IMG/VR virus record: IMGVR_UViG_3300025862_000001
Coordinates: 1-55,862 of that record
Strand: one strand, 5' to 3'
Length of the DNA stretch: 55,862 nt
Source of the DNA: a virus
Taxonomy: Duplodnaviria; Caudoviricetes
A model generated the notes under the pieces. It ran no database searches, was not told where the DNA came from, and was given only the letters and a program-made list of their open reading frames with translations. The position numbers and the translations under genes are program-made. Shown here one piece after another: positions 26,645 through 37,107 of the stretch; position 1 is the stretch's first letter, and each line of letters starts with the position of its first letter.

Positions 26645-27999
26645 TGTTTCCGTCACCTTCACTCGAACCCCCGACACTAGAAGATTTCCAGTGGGAATAT
26701 AACGAATTATTGATGGGAGCAAATACTCCCTACGGAGTTTTGCTCGTCGAGGGACTTGACCTTGCAGAAATCCGGTCGGGTGACGTGAACTGGCCGCGGG
26801 ACCACGGGCAGGCGATGGGCCTCGACCTGTACGGAGGCCGGGACATCATTCTGGACCTGTGGATGAAAACTGACGGTACGTCGCTTCAACACGCACAGCT
26901 CGCGCTCGCGGCAGCAACCATAGTGCGGCCCGACGAAGAGCTGCCTCTGTGGTTTCAGTTGCCGAACCTGCCGCTTCTTTGCGTCATGTGCCGCCCGCGC
27001 AAAAAGCCAATGAAGGTAGAAACGGAGTACGCGGCCGGCAACATCGGCAAGCCAGAACTTCACCTACGCGCGTCGGATCCGCGGATCTACACGGCCGGGG
27101 AAGAAACTGAAATCAAACCAAACCACCCGGCGACCTCGAAAACGCTGACTAACGCCGGCAATACGGAGATGCGGCCGATACTCGTTTTCACAGGCCCGCT
27201 CGCGCGTCCCACAGCGAAGAATAAAGCCATCGCAGGCGAACCGTTCCTCACGATCTCCAAAGCAATACCGGCAGAAGAAGAAGAACGCAACACGCGGGAA
27301 CAGACGGAACGGAGTGCTAAAGCAGCTCGTGAATCAGGAGAAGAATCAGCGCGGGTTGCCCGTGAAAAAGCTGAAGTGGTAATACGTATCGCCTACGAAA
27401 CATCAGAAATAGTCAGCTTAGAATCCCATGAAAAAACCGTTGCGAAAGCACAAGAAGAAGCGGAACTAGCAGAAGCCGTCGCGAAAAAAGCGAAGGAAGA
27501 AGCGAAAGAAGTCTACATCTCGCCTAGGGAAGCGCGCGAAGTCGAAGAAAAGATCGCGCAAGCTAAATGGGAAAACGAACACCACGGCACGAAAGAAATC
27601 CGCGAAAAAGGAGAAGAAAAAGAACGTGAAGAAGCGGAAGCCTCCGAAGCGGCTGAGCGTAAAGTAGACGAAGAAGAAGAAGCGACCGCGAAGATCGCCG
27701 CAGAAAAAGTAGAAAAAGAAGCTCGGGAAGCTCGGGAAACGAAAGAAAAAGCAAGCGAACTCCCGACCGTCGCGGCCGGGCACCAAATCGTCGTAGATAC
27801 AGGCACCCCACACAGCGCCCGCTACTACGAAAATACGACCCGCTCGGGTGCTTACAAAAACGTGCTCGGCTGGTTCACACCAACCTCTACGTGGTGGGAC
27901 CTGATACCTGGGGCTAACCCGATCGCGTTCTCCTCCTATGACGCAGGTGAAACCGCCGGAACACTCCTAGTTGAATGGGCGAGTGCAAATGAGCTCTAG
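26644..27999 (+). CDS. Distal tail protein with E/K-rich insertion
   Basis: Follows tape measure; GGRDI, DPRIY, NAGN...P, WWDL.PG.N. Confidence 0.8.
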   Translation: MFPSPSLEPPTLEDFQWEYNELLMGANTPYGVLLVEGLDLAEIRSGDVNWPRDHGQAMGLDLYGGRDIILDLWMKTDGTSLQHAQLALAAATIVRPDEELPLWFQLPNLPLLCVMCRPRKKPMKVETEYAAGNIGKPELHLRASDPRIYTAGEETEIKPNHPATSKTLTNAGNTEMRPILVFTGPLARPTAKNKAIAGEPFLTISKAIPAEEEERNTREQTERSAKAARESGEESARVAREKAEVVIRIAYETSEIVSLESHEKTVAKAQEEAELAEAVAKKAKEEAKEVYISPREAREVEEKIAQAKWENEHHGTKEIREKGEEKEREEAEASEAAERKVDEEEEATAKIAAEKVEKEAREARETKEKASELPTVAAGHQIVVDTGTPHSARYYENTTRSGAYKNVLGWFTPTSTWWDLIPGANPIAFSSYDAGETAGTLLVEWASANEL

Positions 28000-29662
28000 C
28001 GACCCGCGTATCACGTGCCGGTTCGCGGGACTACTATCGTTCTCGCCGATCGCTGACCTTCCGTTGAACGGGCTGACGTTCAGCAAAGTGCTAAACGGAG
28101 TCGGCTCGTGGGCCGGCTCACTGCCTGTCGAGGACCCAGGCGTTCGGGGCACTGCGTGGATCAACGCGACCGCACCCAACCTGACTTCGATGTGGGTAGA
28201 CATCGACGGGGCGCTGATGTACGGGGGACGAAGCCTAACCCGGCAATACCAGTTGGCCTCAGGGAAGGTTGCGTTGGGTGGAACCGACTTCTGCGGTTAC
28301 TTCGCACAGCGCCTGCAAGCCAGAGACTACACCTCCTACGTGGACCCCGACGGGCACGCTTGGGCGACCACCGGTGCGCCGGCGCTCCGGATCGCTTACT
28401 ATGTTCTTTCACAGGCGCTCGCTAAGCGGTTCTCGATCCCGCTCAAAATTGTCACTTCCGGCGCAGAAGCCGGTGCGGGGTTCTGGCTTACGATCAGCCT
28501 GCCGGGAGCGCAGCAGCAGACCCTCGCGTCGATCCTGAGCCAGATGCAGGAACTCGGGTACATGGTCGGTATCGACTACACCCAGGACGTTGCGTATGTC
28601 GGAGGTGAGCTGACGGCGACCTGCACCCTATCGTATCCGCGGCGCGGTTCTGAAGCGGAACCGTTGACGATTGATCTCTCACAAGCCCTGGACGTGCAGT
28701 ACGACGAGGACGGCACTGAGCAGGCCGACCGGGTGGTGGTGCTGGCCGGTGCAACAACGGTGCGCTCGAAGGGGGAAGTGTGGGGTCCGGCGCAGGTAGC
28801 CGGGTATCCGTTGCTGGAGGCGCAGGTGTCTCGTACGGCCCTGGCGCCGTTGCAGAAGGGTGTTGAACGCTCGGCGCTAGAGGCGTACGTGTCGGGGGAG
28901 CTTACGACGAATGCGTACCCCCTGGTGGCGCCCACGGTTACGCTCCCGCTGTTCGGAGAACCGTCGATCCTTCAGCTTGACGTGGGGCAGGAGGTTTACC
29001 TCGTCTCGTCCGCCGGTGCGGGGGACGTGCCGCCGGATAACCCCCGGTTCCCGAACGGGCTGAAGCAACTGTTCCGCATCGTGCGTATCGACTGCACGGT
29101 TCCTGATGAGGGTGTGCCTACGATGACGCTCACGTTGAACATACCCGCTTTCTCAACCCCGGTGGAACCCCCGGAAACGGAAGTGAAGGAACCAGAAACC
29201 GCCGAACAAGAAACTCAGAAGCATACGGCGATCGAACGCGCGAAAGAAGAAACGGTTACGAGCGCGAAAGAAGCCGAAGCAGAAGCTGCCGCGAAAAAAG
29301 AACAGGAAGAAAAAGAAGCCAAAGAAGCCGCGGAAATGGAAGCGCTCCGCGCATCTCAAAACACTGAAGTAGCGGCGGGGCTCTCGGCTGGGCTCACTCT
29401 TCCCCAGGTAGTGAAGATGACCCCGCAGGCGATCACCGCTTACAATAAGCACCACAAGCCCGGGGGTAAGCTCGGGGAAGTAGCGGACAAGGGTTTGCGT
29501 ACTGTGCGGGAAGCTAACGACGCACGCGAAAAAGCCGAATACGCGCAGAAAACGGCGGAAGAAGGCGGCGGCGGGCTCAAATTAGGCGAATATGAAACAG
29601 GCGAAGAAGGTGTGCTTAGCAAAACACACGACACTTTCGTGGTCGTCACACTAAGTTTCTAA
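27989..29662 (+). CDS. Minor tail / baseplate hub protein
   Basis: LPL..LTFS..LNGVGS N-terminus, GYPLLE; E/K-rich C-terminal region. Confidence 0.75.
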   Translation: MSSSDPRITCRFAGLLSFSPIADLPLNGLTFSKVLNGVGSWAGSLPVEDPGVRGTAWINATAPNLTSMWVDIDGALMYGGRSLTRQYQLASGKVALGGTDFCGYFAQRLQARDYTSYVDPDGHAWATTGAPALRIAYYVLSQALAKRFSIPLKIVTSGAEAGAGFWLTISLPGAQQQTLASILSQMQELGYMVGIDYTQDVAYVGGELTATCTLSYPRRGSEAEPLTIDLSQALDVQYDEDGTEQADRVVVLAGATTVRSKGEVWGPAQVAGYPLLEAQVSRTALAPLQKGVERSALEAYVSGELTTNAYPLVAPTVTLPLFGEPSILQLDVGQEVYLVSSAGAGDVPPDNPRFPNGLKQLFRIVRIDCTVPDEGVPTMTLTLNIPAFSTPVEPPETEVKEPETAEQETQKHTAIERAKEETVTSAKEAEAEAAAKKEQEEKEAKEAAEMEALRASQNTEVAAGLSAGLTLPQVVKMTPQAITAYNKHHKPGGKLGEVADKGLRTVREANDAREKAEYAQKTAEEGGGGLKLGEYETGEEGVLSKTHDTFVVVTLSF

Positions 29663-29671
29663 GAAGGTAAA

Positions 29672-29818
29672 ATGGCTACTGTAACGGTTGGAGGAAAAAC
29701 ACTATCGACTCTTCCGGTAAAAGGTACGTATGAGATTACGTTCATCTTACCAAAGAACGTGGCGTGGGGTACGGCGGGTGTGGCTAGCAAATCTGTCCAG
29801 TATGTAACTCTCGATTGA
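29672..29818 (+). CDS. In-frame continuation of the minor tail gene after a TAA
   Basis: Same frame as 27989-29662; MATVTVGG...FILPKN...YVTLD. Confidence 0.5.
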   Translation: MATVTVGGKTLSTLPVKGTYEITFILPKNVAWGTAGVASKSVQYVTLD

Positions 29819-29827
29819 GGTAGCACT

Positions 29828-30043
29828 GTGCCCACTATTACCCCCTTCCTAGTTATCAAGGACGAAAAAGAAAGCACCATTTGGTCCTCTGAAGAATTAC
29901 ACAAAAAAGAACTAGAAACCGGGATCACTAAAGCCGTATTCTGTTTGATGGTCCCCAAAGGAGGCGCAGTAAAGATGGCTGGCTCTTTCTGGGAACTCTC
30001 TGGGATCAAAATAGCTACAGTAGAGTTCTTACTCTTAGACTGA
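29828..30043 (+). CDS. Small beta-rich tail-associated ORF
   Basis: GAGGT RBS; C-terminus resembles preceding ORF. Confidence 0.5.
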   Translation: MPTITPFLVIKDEKESTIWSSEELHKKELETGITKAVFCLMVPKGGAVKMAGSFWELSGIKIATVEFLLLD

Positions 30044-30053
30044 GAACTGCCTA

Positions 30054-31112
30054 ATGCCCCCTATCACGCCCCCGATCGCAGTCCGTCAGCTCGAAGCGTT
30101 GGCGAGTAAAAGCCAAAACGAGCTAAAGCAGTTCGCAGGCCGCCAAGGCTTGGAAGCTCAGACGGGCGCACCGGGACCCGCCGGTCCAGGCGGTCCAGGC
30201 GGCCCCGCTGGGCCTACGGGTCCAACAGGGCCATCCGGTGGGCCTACGGGTGCAACGGGGCCTACTGGGGGCACAGGACCTCCGGGCGCTACTGGACCAA
30301 CAGGCGCGGGCGCTACAGGGCCTACAGGGCCTACAGGCGGAACAGGCCCTACGGGCGGAACAGGCGGCTCCGGAGGCACCGGCGGGACGGGAGCTGAAGG
30401 GGCAACCGGATCAACCGGAGCTTCCGGGGCAACAGGACCGTCCGGCCCTTCAGGGAGCGCGTTCACAGCCGAAGTCGGCGACGGTGCCAAAACCGAATAC
30501 CTGATTGAACACAAACTCGGCGCGACGCATGTCATAACGAACGTTTACGAAAAGGAAGCGCCTCACGCTGAGGTGATTCCTACGGTTGAGATCACGGACG
30601 AAAACCATGTGACGCTGATCTTCCTAACCGCACCCTCAGAAAACCAGTACGTTGTCGTCGTAGTGTCGGGGGCCGGCGGAGGTGGCGGCGGCGGCGGATT
30701 CCCTAACACGCTAGCCATCGCCTACCGCAACGCCGGACAGACAATAGCAGGAGCGAAAACCGAACGCATCAAGGTAGATACCGTAGTTGCAGACATTGGC
30801 AGCAACCTGGACCTCGCGGAAGGGCTCTACACGGTCCCTGAAGATGGGTACTACCAGGTTTTTGGGCAGATACAGACAAGCGCGACCAGCGGGCGCTTTA
30901 TTACTGCCGTCGGAGTCAACGGTAGCTTTGAGCTATACGGCGAGGAACTGACTCTAGGATCGCAACCGTTTCTCGGCTTGACGGCCCAAGGTATTACAGG
31001 AAAACTAACAAAAGGAGATAAAATCGAACTGGTTCTTTACTCTGAAGTGGGAGCCGAATTGTATGTGGGCTCAGCTCCTTATAATCGGCTGCAAGTATTG
31101 AGGGTGGTCTGA
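30054..31112 (+). CDS. Collagen-like tail fibre with C1q-like C-terminal domain
   Basis: Gly-X-Thr triplets; [20 protein letters not shown]. Confidence 0.85.
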   Translation: MPPITPPIAVRQLEALASKSQNELKQFAGRQGLEAQTGAPGPAGPGGPGGPAGPTGPTGPSGGPTGATGPTGGTGPPGATGPTGAGATGPTGPTGGTGPTGGTGGSGGTGGTGAEGATGSTGASGATGPSGPSGSAFTAEVGDGAKTEYLIEHKLGATHVITNVYEKEAPHAEVIPTVEITDENHVTLIFLTAPSENQYVVVVVSGAGGGGGGGGFPNTLAIAYRNAGQTIAGAKTERIKVDTVVADIGSNLDLAEGLYTVPEDGYYQVFGQIQTSATSGRFITAVGVNGSFELYGEELTLGSQPFLGLTAQGITGKLTKGDKIELVLYSEVGAELYVGSAPYNRLQVLRVV

Positions 31113-32260
31113 TGGCAGGTGAACCAGGAGGGGTTACATGGGGTGATTTGAGCACCGAAGCGAAAGCGAAACTCGGCGCGACCGGGCCGACAGGTCCGAC
31201 GGGTGCTACCGGGTCTACGGGCAGTACTGGCGGCACGGGTGCCCCGGGCGCGATAGGAATCACAGGCGCAGCCGGACCCGAAGGAGCGAAAGGCACAACG
31301 GGTGCTTCCGGGCCGGAAGGCCCAAAAGGGACGACGGGCAGTACTGGCGGCACTGGAGCTGCTGGGAGCGAAGGGCCAAAAGGGGTAACTGGCGCGACCG
31401 GACACGAAGGCCCCAAAGGTACGACCGGGGCGACTGGTCCGGAAGGACCAAAAGGCACCACGGGCAGCACCGGACCGACGGGGGCCACTGGCGCAACCGG
31501 CCCAACGGGTGCCACAGGTCCCGGTACCTCCTGGAAGAAGCCCGTATTCCTTGCTACGACTGAAGCCCTTGCGGGAGAACCAGAAGCAATCGGCGAAACC
31601 CTACTAAGCAAAAAAGAAGAAAAACTAAAAGCAGATAACGCGGAACCAGGCGCAGGCAAGCGCATCCTCGTCAAGAACCAGCCGGAAGCCAAGGATGATG
31701 GCCCCTACGAAGTAGTCAAAGCTGGAAAAGCCGGAGAAAAGTGGGAACTCAAACGAACCACTGACGCGAATACGACAAGTGAACTTCAAGACGCCGTCGT
31801 ACCCATAGAAACCGGTGGCGGGGGGAGCAAACTGATCGGATCGTTTTGGGTACAGACGGCATCTGTGAACATTGTAGGCACCTCCCCACAGAAATGGGTG
31901 GTGTTCGGCACGGGCGGGTGGGAAAACCTCGAATCCGTGAACGCGGGACTCACCGCCGCCTCGGGCAACGAAAACCCGCAGGCGCAGAGGGAGACCTACG
32001 GGGCCCGAGCGTTCCTAAAGGGAGCGTACGAAGTGACGGCGGCGGTGGAAATAGCGGCCAACGTCGCATTGTTCACCCTCCCAGGCCTCACTCGTCCGAA
32101 AGCCACCGTCCATCCTGCCTGCGAGTATGATCTGATTGCTACGGGCGCGCAGACTGCGCTGCGCCTGACGATCCTGAGCACCGGTGTTGTATCGGCGAAC
32201 GTCGCCATACTGAAAGGAGGCTTCATTTACTTTGACGGTCTGAGTTGGAACCTTACCTAG
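31112..32260 (+). CDS. Collagen-like tail fibre protein
   Basis: Gly-X-Y repeats; RILVKNQ...DGPY.V...W..R..DA domain; LFTLP...RP C-terminal domain. Confidence 0.85.
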   Translation: MAGEPGGVTWGDLSTEAKAKLGATGPTGPTGATGSTGSTGGTGAPGAIGITGAAGPEGAKGTTGASGPEGPKGTTGSTGGTGAAGSEGPKGVTGATGHEGPKGTTGATGPEGPKGTTGSTGPTGATGATGPTGATGPGTSWKKPVFLATTEALAGEPEAIGETLLSKKEEKLKADNAEPGAGKRILVKNQPEAKDDGPYEVVKAGKAGEKWELKRTTDANTTSELQDAVVPIETGGGGSKLIGSFWVQTASVNIVGTSPQKWVVFGTGGWENLESVNAGLTAASGNENPQAQRETYGARAFLKGAYEVTAAVEIAANVALFTLPGLTRPKATVHPACEYDLIATGAQTALRLTILSTGVVSANVAILKGGFIYFDGLSWNLT

Positions 32261-32271
32261 GAAAGGACTCC

Positions 32272-33360
32272 ATGAGCGACAAACCCACGTGCCACCTCCT
32301 AGCTTTACCACACACGCAAACCACCCGCGCGTACAACCATTGTGCATATACAAGCCGCGTCCGCAAGTTCTCCACGATGATCACCCAGCAGGGCTACCGG
32401 ACGATCCTCTACGGCTGCGGCAAGAACGAAGCCGAGTGCTCGGAGTACGTGAAGGTACTCTCCGCCGCGAAACAACGCGAGCTGTTGAAGGACGCTGACT
32501 GGTTTCAACGCGGTGAAATCTACGCGTTACCTTATGACGAGAACGAGCCGATCTGGCGAGCGTACAACGACGCGGCGATCAAGCAGATAGCGAAGCGTAT
32601 CGAGCCACACGACATCCTGTGCTTGCCGTCGAGCACACACGCGCCGGTCATGCGGGCGTTCCCCTCACACATGAGCGTGGAGACGGGCGTGGGCTACGAG
32701 GGCGCCTGCGCGCCGTACCGGGTCTTCGAGTCCTACGCGTGGCGGCACACGGTGTACGGCTACCAGCAGGGCGCCGCCGCCGCCGACGGGCACTTCTACC
32801 ACCAAGTGATCCCTAACTTCTTCGAGGTCGAGGACTTCCCGGCCGGCAAGGGCGACGGGAATTATTTTCTGTACATGTCGCGCATGACGGCGCGAAAGGG
32901 ATACGAGATCGCGTTCGATGCGACGGAGCGCGCGGGCGCGCGACTGCTCGTCGCGGGTATCGGCGGCGACCGCCCAGAAGCGGACCACGTCGAGTACGTC
33001 GGTCTAGCAGACACAGCGAAGCGGGCGGAGCTAATGGGGGGTGCGAAAGCGATCTTCGTGCCTACCTTGTACGTCGGCCCCTTCGAGGGCGTCAATGTCG
33101 AGGCTCAGCTCTGCGGGACACCCGTCATCTCCACAGACTGGGGCGCGTTCACGGAGACGGTGGGGCATGGTGTCAGCGGCTTCCGATGCCATACGCTCGC
33201 GGAGTTCACCCAAGCCTGTAGCGATGTGGAGAGCCTTGACCGTGACGCGATCCGTGAGGCCGCCATCGCTCGCTGGTCGACTGAGGTCGTCGGACCGCAG
33301 TACAGCGCGTACTTCGACCGTCTCGCCGGCCTGTGGAACGATGGTTTCTATGCTGAGTAA
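32272..33360 (+). CDS. Glycosyltransferase (GT-B, GT4-like)
   Basis: FLYMSR...KG, PT.Y.GPF..V.VEAQLCGTPVI.TD.GAF.E. Confidence 0.92.
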   Translation: MSDKPTCHLLALPHTQTTRAYNHCAYTSRVRKFSTMITQQGYRTILYGCGKNEAECSEYVKVLSAAKQRELLKDADWFQRGEIYALPYDENEPIWRAYNDAAIKQIAKRIEPHDILCLPSSTHAPVMRAFPSHMSVETGVGYEGACAPYRVFESYAWRHTVYGYQQGAAAADGHFYHQVIPNFFEVEDFPAGKGDGNYFLYMSRMTARKGYEIAFDATERAGARLLVAGIGGDRPEADHVEYVGLADTAKRAELMGGAKAIFVPTLYVGPFEGVNVEAQLCGTPVISTDWGAFTETVGHGVSGFRCHTLAEFTQACSDVESLDRDAIREAAIARWSTEVVGPQYSAYFDRLAGLWNDGFYAE

Positions 33361-33382
33361 ACTAACCTAGGAAGCGGAGCAC

Positions 33383-33904
33383 ATGGCTAAGAAGACGAAC
33401 AAAACCGCCGCAGAGATTGAGAAGCTCCGCACCGACCTCGCCACGATCCTTGCGCGCGAAGCTGCCGAGAAGGCCGCCGCGCTCGCACGCGGGGTAACAG
33501 ACAAGGCTGCTGGGCTAACCCGTGAGCAGGAGCAGGCGGCTACCGTCCTAGCCGAACAGCGGGGGCGAGAGTCAGCTCGTGTCGAGGAGCGCCTGAACGT
33601 GCACGATGAGCGCCTCCAAATCGTCACCGGATCCCTAGACCGCTTCGCTACAGCGCAGGAGCACTTGAGCACCCAAGTTACTGTTCTCACCGCCGAGATC
33701 CGAGAACGTAACAAGCACATGACGGACGACGCAGCTGCGGCAATTCAGGATCTCGACAAACGACTTGACGGACTCGATAGAGTGGCGTTCGCAACACAAA
33801 AGGAGAAAACTGGGATCATCGGATTGCAGAACAGACAGATAGCTTTCCTCGCCGCAGTCGCAACCGTCGTCTACACGTTCATCTCAGCCGGCATTCACCC
33901 ATGA
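33383..33904 (+). CDS. Coiled-coil protein with C-terminal TM helix (lysis cassette)
   Basis: Sequence pattern and position. Confidence 0.65.
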   Translation: MAKKTNKTAAEIEKLRTDLATILAREAAEKAAALARGVTDKAAGLTREQEQAATVLAEQRGRESARVEERLNVHDERLQIVTGSLDRFATAQEHLSTQVTVLTAEIRERNKHMTDDAAAAIQDLDKRLDGLDRVAFATQKEKTGIIGLQNRQIAFLAAVATVVYTFISAGIHP

Positions 33905-34293
33905 CACCCCCTATTCACCACGGTCACTTCCACCGACACAGCCCCACGGCTGCTAGCGTGACAGAGAGCCGCTCAGAACGAATCATGGCAGGAATCACCT
34001 CAAAGGTAGGCACCCTCGCCTGCGCCATCGTATTCACGGTTATCGCTCTGCTTAGCGTACAGGCAAAGTTTGCTGAAGGAACAAAGGGGGCGGTCGAATG
34101 GTTCGCCCAGACGTTTCTTCAGCTAGTCCTCCTCGCCATTATCTTGGGGGGCCAGAAGGTCAGCGAAAAGGCTAACGACGCTCAAACCAAGCACATAGCG
34201 CTCGGTATCGACACAGCACTCGACAGGCTCTCCACCGAAACCGACGGAGGTCTCCAAACCATACTCCACGCAATCGAAAAGAGCAACGCATGA
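33901..34293 (+). CDS. Two-TM membrane protein
   Basis: W.AQTFLQLVLL.II..GQ motif. Confidence 0.7.
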   Translation: MTPPIHHGHFHRHSPTAASVTESRSERIMAGITSKVGTLACAIVFTVIALLSVQAKFAEGTKGAVEWFAQTFLQLVLLAIILGGQKVSEKANDAQTKHIALGIDTALDRLSTETDGGLQTILHAIEKSNA

Positions 34294-35000
34294 GTCAGTT
34301 CTGTTACGGCCGTCTCCCAGCCACACGCCCCGCCGCACTCAAGGATCTTGCGGTCTACGCACACGGCGTAATTCCCACGCCCCCACGTGCCGTTGAAGTC
34401 CCGACGACCAGCTACCCGATCGACCGAAACGACTCCAAAGGCGACTGCACGTACGCCGGCGCCGATCACCTGAACCGCGCATGGAATGCTGAGACCAACG
34501 AGCACGACTCGCTACCGACCGAACAAGAGATCGAAGACGCCTACCTTGTAGAAACCGGCGGAGAAGACACAGGCTGCTCCGAGGCCGACGTACTGAAGCG
34601 CTGGTACACTGAGGGCCTATTCGGTGAGAAGATCGCCGGCTATGCTCCGGTGAACCCTAAGGACTTGCTCCAGCTGCACCAAGCCGTGGCGTTCTACGGT
34701 GGCTGCTATCTCGGGATCGAATGCCCCGCGAGCGCGCAGGAACAGTTCGCTCGCGGTGAGCCGTGGACGTATGAGGGCGCACCAGTCGCGGGCGGCCATT
34801 GCGTTGTGGCGCTCGGATACGGCCCCAACGGCGGTCTGCACTGCGCTACGTGGGGCGGGATTGCGGTTCTGGAGGCTAGCTTCCTTGCACACTACTTGGA
34901 TGAGGCCTTCGTGATTCTCAGCCACCAAATGGTCGAGAAGAAGGGGGACGCCTTAGGGTTAGACTTGGCTGCACTTCAAGCTGACCTTGCTTTGGTGTAG
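34290..35000 (+). CDS. Papain-like (C1-type) peptidase, possible endolysin
   Basis: ND..GDCT.AG, D.GC, GGHCV..GY, TWG. Confidence 0.8.
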   Translation: MSQFCYGRLPATRPAALKDLAVYAHGVIPTPPRAVEVPTTSYPIDRNDSKGDCTYAGADHLNRAWNAETNEHDSLPTEQEIEDAYLVETGGEDTGCSEADVLKRWYTEGLFGEKIAGYAPVNPKDLLQLHQAVAFYGGCYLGIECPASAQEQFARGEPWTYEGAPVAGGHCVVALGYGPNGGLHCATWGGIAVLEASFLAHYLDEAFVILSHQMVEKKGDALGLDLAALQADLALV

Positions 35001-35001
35001 A

Positions 35002-35142
35002 CTTGGTATCCTATGTGAGCGGTGCAACACCGGAATCGGCAGCCTTCAGGACGACCCTGCGATCTTGCGCCGCGCGGCTGAGTACGTAGAGGCCGAAAGA
35101 CTCGATCTCGCTACGTTGAAAGCGGATCTAGCGCGCGTCTAA
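35002..35142 (+). pseudogene. Endonuclease VII C-terminal remnant fused to a duplicate of the peptidase C-terminus
   Basis: [28 protein letters not shown] + [13 protein letters not shown]; no start codon. Confidence 0.8.
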
Positions 35143-35219
35143 CGAAGCGCGACGCTTTGCCCAAGCGTATAGGGTATGCTTTAGAGGACTAGTCACCCCC
35201 CCAGAGAAAGAAGGAGCAC

Positions 35220-35438
35220 ATGGCAACACCTACACCAGTCCCCGCACCGCCAGCGCAGACGAGCCCGCTCGTCGCTGTGATTACGACCCTCATCGGGAAC
35301 CTCAGCGTCTCCGCAGTAGCCTTCGGCGTGATCAATAACACGACCGCAGCCGTAGTGGTGACGGCCCTTACCGGCTTCGTCTCAGGGACCTTTCTGATCG
35401 CGAACGAGTTGCGGCACAAGACGAACTCGCAGGCGTAG
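35220..35438 (+). CDS. Putative holin
   Basis: 72 aa, two TM helices, AAGGAG RBS. Confidence 0.7.
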   Translation: MATPTPVPAPPAQTSPLVAVITTLIGNLSVSAVAFGVINNTTAAVVVTALTGFVSGTFLIANELRHKTNSQA

Positions 35439-35456
35439 CCAATACAGAATACAGGC

Positions 35457-35496
35457 GAGAGCGCGCCCGGAGGAGAATGGGCGCGCTCTCGGTTTA
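35457..35496 (+). terminator. Intrinsic terminator
   Basis: GAGAGCGCGCCC/GGGCGCGCTCTC stem followed by GGTTT. Confidence 0.65.
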
Positions 35497-35517
35497 CTCT
35501 CAATAAGGAGGCCGAAC

Positions 35518-35781
35518 ATGCCAGTTCCATCGCAGCCTGATTTGACGGAGTTTTTCAAGTATTCGAGACCAAAGAAGCCGCCATGTAAGGTAGGGGTCGC
35601 ATTAGGGAAACTTAGAGGAGACACGAAAACGCAACTTGTCGCGGCTTTGGATACAGACACCGGCATAATTACTAACGGGGCAATCATTACGTGGGTGGAG
35701 AAACGCGTGAAAGATTTGCTGCTCAACACAAGTAATGTAACGTCCCACAGAGCGAAAAGGTGTACGTGTTATGATGAGTAA
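35518..35781 (+). CDS. Hypothetical protein
   Basis: AAGGAGG RBS; C..., HR..CTC. Confidence 0.7.
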   Translation: MPVPSQPDLTEFFKYSRPKKPPCKVGVALGKLRGDTKTQLVAALDTDTGIITNGAIITWVEKRVKDLLLNTSNVTSHRAKRCTCYDE

Positions 35782-36817
35782 AGAAAACGACGTTGACGTA
35801 TCAGAGTTTCATGCGCTTACTGAGGTCGAGGAGCTACATAAAGTCATCGGGAGCTTGCAGACTAAGCTCCGCAAGGCGACCACAAAGAACATCACCCTCA
35901 CTACAGCCGCACGCGAGGGCGCAAGAGAGGCGTTCACCGCTCTAGGCTTGCCGAAGACGGTTCCAACACCTCTTGCGTACAAGCCAGGCATAGGCGACCC
36001 TGAGGTGGCTGTGTTGCACCTCTCCGATTGGCAAACAGGAAAGAAGACTGTTTCGTTCGACTCGAACGTAGCCGAGTCGCGTATCAAGCAGCTTGGAAAA
36101 AAGCTGGAGATCATCGCGAACATCGAGCGCGCGGCGCACCCAGTAGATGAGTGCTGGTTGTTGTTCGGTGGCGACCATGTAGAGGGCGTGACCGTCTTCC
36201 CCGGCCAAGCGTACGAGATCGACTCGACGCTCTTTGAGCAGCACGCCCGCGCAAGCAGAATGTTGGTCGAGCTGACACGACACGCGTCGCGCATCTTCAA
36301 GACAGTTCACATCGTACACGAGGACGGAAACCACGGGCGAATCGGCCGGCAAGGTGAGCTGCCTAGAGGAGACAATTCAGACAATTTCGTTTACTACGCT
36401 GTCAACTTGCAGTTGCAAGAGTTGATAAAGAGCGGGCGCGTTGTCTGGCACGGTTCTACGAACGGGTGGCACTCGATCTTTGAGATCGGTAACTACAAAG
36501 GGCTGCTAGTTCACGGCGACGAGATCAAGGGCTTTGGTGGACAGACGCCTGCTTTCGGTATCGCTAAGAAGTGCACGGCGTGGGCTTCGGGCGTGATCGA
36601 ACCTTTCAACGATGTGTATATGGGCCACTTTCATCAGCCGCTTGTGATCCCGCTCCCGGTAGGCAACCATCGCGTGTTTCTGAACCCCTCGATCGAGAGT
36701 GATAACATTTACGCGCAGGAGTTTGTGGGCGCTAACGGGTATCCAGGGCAACGGTTGAACTTCGTTTCTCCTGAGAAGGGTGAGGTCACGAGCGAGCGCT
36801 TGCTCTGGTTGAAGTAA
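35771..36817 (+). CDS. Calcineurin-like metallophosphoesterase
   Basis: SDWQ, GGDHVEG, GNHGR, VHGD, MGHFH. Confidence 0.9.
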   Translation: MMSKENDVDVSEFHALTEVEELHKVIGSLQTKLRKATTKNITLTTAAREGAREAFTALGLPKTVPTPLAYKPGIGDPEVAVLHLSDWQTGKKTVSFDSNVAESRIKQLGKKLEIIANIERAAHPVDECWLLFGGDHVEGVTVFPGQAYEIDSTLFEQHARASRMLVELTRHASRIFKTVHIVHEDGNHGRIGRQGELPRGDNSDNFVYYAVNLQLQELIKSGRVVWHGSTNGWHSIFEIGNYKGLLVHGDEIKGFGGQTPAFGIAKKCTAWASGVIEPFNDVYMGHFHQPLVIPLPVGNHRVFLNPSIESDNIYAQEFVGANGYPGQRLNFVSPEKGEVTSERLLWLK

Positions 36818-37025
36818 CAACTAAACAAGGAGATAACATGAAAGCGTTTAGGTTCTCAAAGTGGGCTCAGCCCGTCACCGATCGTCGGTGGGCAGTTGTG
36901 GCTGTGCTTGTCGATAGGCTGTGGCGGTTGACTCAGATTGATCTCGGCAAACATCGCGCGTGGGAGCGCGCTTGCGGAATCTCTCCGTTACCGTAGCTGT
37001 TTGCACTACCTACTCCTCGCCCTAC

Positions 37026-37065
37026 GCGGGTCTGCCCTACCTCTCCTGGGCAGACCCGCTTTTTT
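37026..37065 (+). terminator. Intrinsic terminator at end of late region
   Basis: 12-bp perfect stem GCGGGTCTGCCC/GGGCAGACCCGC followed by T6. Confidence 0.9.
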
Positions 37066-37071
37066 GTTCTC

Positions 37072-37100
37072 TTGACAAGCAGGCATGAGGCTGCTATCGT
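37072..37100 (+). promoter_or_regulatory. Early-type promoter (leaderless)
   Basis: TTGACA-AGCAGGCATG..N17-TATCGT, ATG 7 nt downstream. Confidence 0.8.
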
Positions 37101-37107
37101 TGAGCCT

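Noticed and set aside
29580-32260. Diversity-generating retroelement acting on tail fibres
   Set aside because: No reverse transcriptase and no template/variable repeat pair seen
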